Origin: Macrostomum lignano
Lineage: Eukaryota
Assembly (NCBI GenBank): GCA_002269645.1
Contig: NIVC01000029.1
Span: 868,001-932,000, forward strand
Direction of reading: 5' to 3'
DNA: 64,000 nucleotides
Below are positions 41,140 to 64,000 of the stretch, one piece after another (positions within the stretch are counted from its first letter, which is position 1; each line of letters begins with the position of its first letter). The notes beneath the pieces are model-generated. The model did no database searches, was not told the DNA's origin, and saw only the letters and a list, made by a program, of their open reading frames with translations. The translations under genes and the position numbers were made by a program.

Positions 41140-41780
41140 TCCTTTCTATTCTAATCCTGCTCTATCTCCCTCCCATTTTATCTTGATCTCATCGTGATCC
41201 CAATCTTCTGGTCCTATTATATCTTGATCCCATTCTATGTTGCTTTCATTCTATCTTGATCCCATTCTATCTTGATCCCATTCTATCTTGATCCCATTCT
41301 ATCTTGATCCCATTCTATGTTGATTTCATTCTATCTTGATCCCATTCTATCTTGATCCCATTCTATGTTGATCCGTATTCTATCTTGGTCCTATTTTATA
41401 TCTTGATCCCATTCTATGTTGATTTCATTCTATCTTGATCCCATTCTATCTTGATCCCATTCTATGTTGATCCGTATTCTATCTTGGTCCTATTTTATAT
41501 CTTGATCCCATTCTATGTTGATTTCATTCTATCTTGATCCCATTCTATCTTGATCCCATTCTATCTTGATCCCATTCTATGTTGATCCATATTCTATCTT
41601 GGTCCTATTTTATATCTTGATCCCATTCTATCTTGATCCCATTCTACCTTGATCCCATTCTATCTTGATCCCATTCTATGTTGATTTCATTCTATCTTGA
41701 TCCCATTCTATCTTGATCCCATTCTTTCTGATCCCATTCTACTCGTATCTTGATTCAACTCCATCTTGATCCTATTCTTT
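41140..41780. repeat. 16-bp minisatellite (attctatcttgatccc) with variants
   Basis: Direct reading. Confidence 0.92.
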
Positions 41781-42489
41781 TTCATCTAAATGAATCTTTA
41801 ATTTTAACAAACCAACAATGAAAAGCAGTATATTATTTCTGAAAATTCTTGACAAGTGAACTTCTTCTGTCCTCCTCAATGGTGGAACTTTCTATCTTTT
41901 TCTCTGTTCGACATTCGACATGTATTTTTTAATGCCAAATATTACAAGAAACACAAATGGACAATTGGGAGAGAATAATTCAGTAGCTGCTTCATGGCTG
42001 GTGCAAATGAATAGCAATATTAATAAATAATACAAATGAAACCATGAGCGCCCACTTTAATACGAGTCGCATTTGGTGAGCACTACGGTGTGTTAATTAG
42101 TGACCAAACGCAAATCGACAGTTTGAATAACCGCCAATTTTAGCACGCCTTATAACAATAAAGCGAATTACTTATTTTCACATTTTAAGTGTAAAAAACT
42201 AATAATTTACAAGAATTTATTAAACTGAATTTACGCTCGTATAATGCCGATTCCGTGACAGGATTTCTAAACGTTGAAAAGAAATCTTTATATCATCGAT
42301 CAAAGCTCATTAACATCCTGTAAAACATATCTGGATTTTAAATGTAGTGCCTTAATCCGATAATTTAATATGGGGATTATCGAAATAAGATTTGTATTCT
42401 CTTTTAATGACAATAATATTTTCGAATTTAGAATCTTTTCGAATTGGGATTAAAGGGGGGTTTGGTATTTATAACAATAGGAATTATAG

Positions 42490-42660
42490 GTGAAGAACAG
42501 GTGGAATTAGGGATTTAGATCAGGTGGGATTGAGATTTAGAACAGGTGGAATTTGAGATTTAGAACATGTGGAATTAGTGATTTAGATCAGGTGGGATTT
42601 GAGATTTAGAACAGGTGGAATTAGGAATTTAAAACACGTGGGATTTGGGATTTAGAACGA
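42490..42660. repeat. ~22-bp degenerate repeat (gatttagaacaggtggaatta)
   Basis: Direct reading. Confidence 0.75.
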
Positions 42661-43199
42661 GTAGGATGTATCACTCTTTCTAACAGTTTTTGAAGGCTGA
42701 GATATTTTTATATTTTACGACCTAATTTCAATTAAACGCGCATCTGCACTGTCCCTTCAGACGTGAATTTTAAAAAATACAAAAAACTGTCCTTAGTTAA
42801 AAGGCGAAATTGTATACAGCTTTAAAAAGTACATAGAATACATTTATAGGCCAATAATGCACAACACTTTATATAACGCGCATAGATACAAGCGAACATC
42901 TGCAATATAAATAATATATATTAGTTGCCACGGGGAATTCAGCAATGCAAATTAATTAGCTCCAGTATTCACGGGATGTTTTACAAATGTTATTCGCCAT
43001 CTCCTATAGGCTGATACCATTCTTCAAAATAATTCGCAGATTAGCATATAAAGTACAATTTCAATTTGTTCGAATCAAACAACAGTGAAAATATCCTCAT
43101 AGTTTGGATCCCGACGACCGTTGCTCGATTTCGAGTTTGGCTGCGCCTCCATCGCTCCCGAGGAGAATCGACTGTGGGAGAATGGAGTTTATGTAATTT

Positions 43200-43505
43200 T
43201 CGATTCATATCGGCAATTTGAATTATCAATCGTATAAAATTGGTCTAAAATTAACTTTCGATATATATCGACAATTTGAATTTATCACTCGTTTAAAATT
43301 GGTCTAAAATAAACTTTCGATACATATCGGCAATTTGAATTATCACTCGTTTAAATTGGTCTAAAATTAACTTTCGATACATATCGGCAATTTGAATTAT
43401 CACTCGTATAAAATTGGTCTAAAATTAACTTTCCATACATATCGGCAATTTAAATTATCACTCATTTATATTGGTGTAAAAATTACTTTCGATACATATC
43501 GTCGA
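43200..43505. repeat. ~58-bp tandem repeat x5 (atatcggcaatttgaattatcactcg...)
   Basis: Direct reading. Lies in the 3' UTR or flank of the Dscam-like gene. Confidence 0.88.
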
Positions 43506-43628
43506 TATAATTCAATAAAATATCGTTGATCGCTACACATATCCTCTGGATGGACGACCATTGTTTTCTTTTTCACAATACAATAGTAATTTTCGGTACA
43601 TATCAGCCATGTCTAAATATAAGTCTCA

Positions 43629-63593
<19,965 letters not shown>

Positions 63594-63654
63594 CTGAAAT
63601 GTAGCGCAGCGTTAGTAGGAATTGTTGAAACAATTGTGCTACTTTTTCTGGTGG

Positions 63655-64000
63655 TTTCTGTTGGTGTAGCTTCTGTGTCGTGTAGCCTTTGTGTTGTGTA
63701 GCCTTTGTGTTGTGTAGCCTTTGTGTTGTGTAGCCTTTGTGTTGTGTAGCTTCTGTGCTGTGTAGCTTTTGTGTTGTGTAGCTTTTGCGTTGTGTAGCTT
63801 TTGTGTTGTGTAGCTTTTGTGTTGTGTAGCTTTTGTGTTGTGTAGCTTTTGTGTTGTGTAGCTTCTATGTTGTGTAGCTTCTGTGTTGTGTAGCCTTTGT
63901 GTTGTGTAGCTTTTGTGTTGTGTAGCTTTTGTGTTGTGTAGCTTTTGTGTTGTGTAGCTTTTGTGCTGTGTTGTTAGCTTCTGCGTTGTGTGCTCTGTAT
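63655..64000. repeat. 16-bp intronic minisatellite (tgtagcttttgtgttg)
   Basis: Direct reading. Runs to the window end. Confidence 0.95.

Overview
Repeat-rich animal (metazoan) genomic DNA, not prokaryotic. The GC-rich low-complexity coding style, the intronless gene and the minisatellite-filled introns suggest a flatworm such as Macrostomum; this is inference only. Protein-coding content is (i) an intronless stomatin/MEC-2/podocin-type SPFH gene (14956-16254, +) and (ii) the 3' 14 exons of a Dscam-family receptor on the minus strand (63593->43629). The Dscam exons splice with GT-AG in consistent phase into about 2058 codons covering Ig2(C-half)-Ig9, FN1-4, Ig10, FN5-6, TM and tail; its 5' exons lie beyond the window. 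Mobile elements are a 5'-truncated RTE-like LINE with TSD, three non-autonomous hAT elements with 8-bp TSDs, a near-intact 4.27-kb Mag-like Ty3/Gypsy element with identical LTRs, and a possible DINE/HINE-like repeat. The rest is mostly micro- and minisatellite, which explains most long ORFs in the ORF track. The most interesting observations are an inverted pair of the same minisatellite in the two Dscam introns flanking one exon, a 59-bp microhomology-bounded foreign insert at the PPT/3'LTR junction, a gag ATG overlapping the PBS, Dscam Ig domains lacking the canonical Cys, and a spaced array of GTCACGTGAC palindromes.
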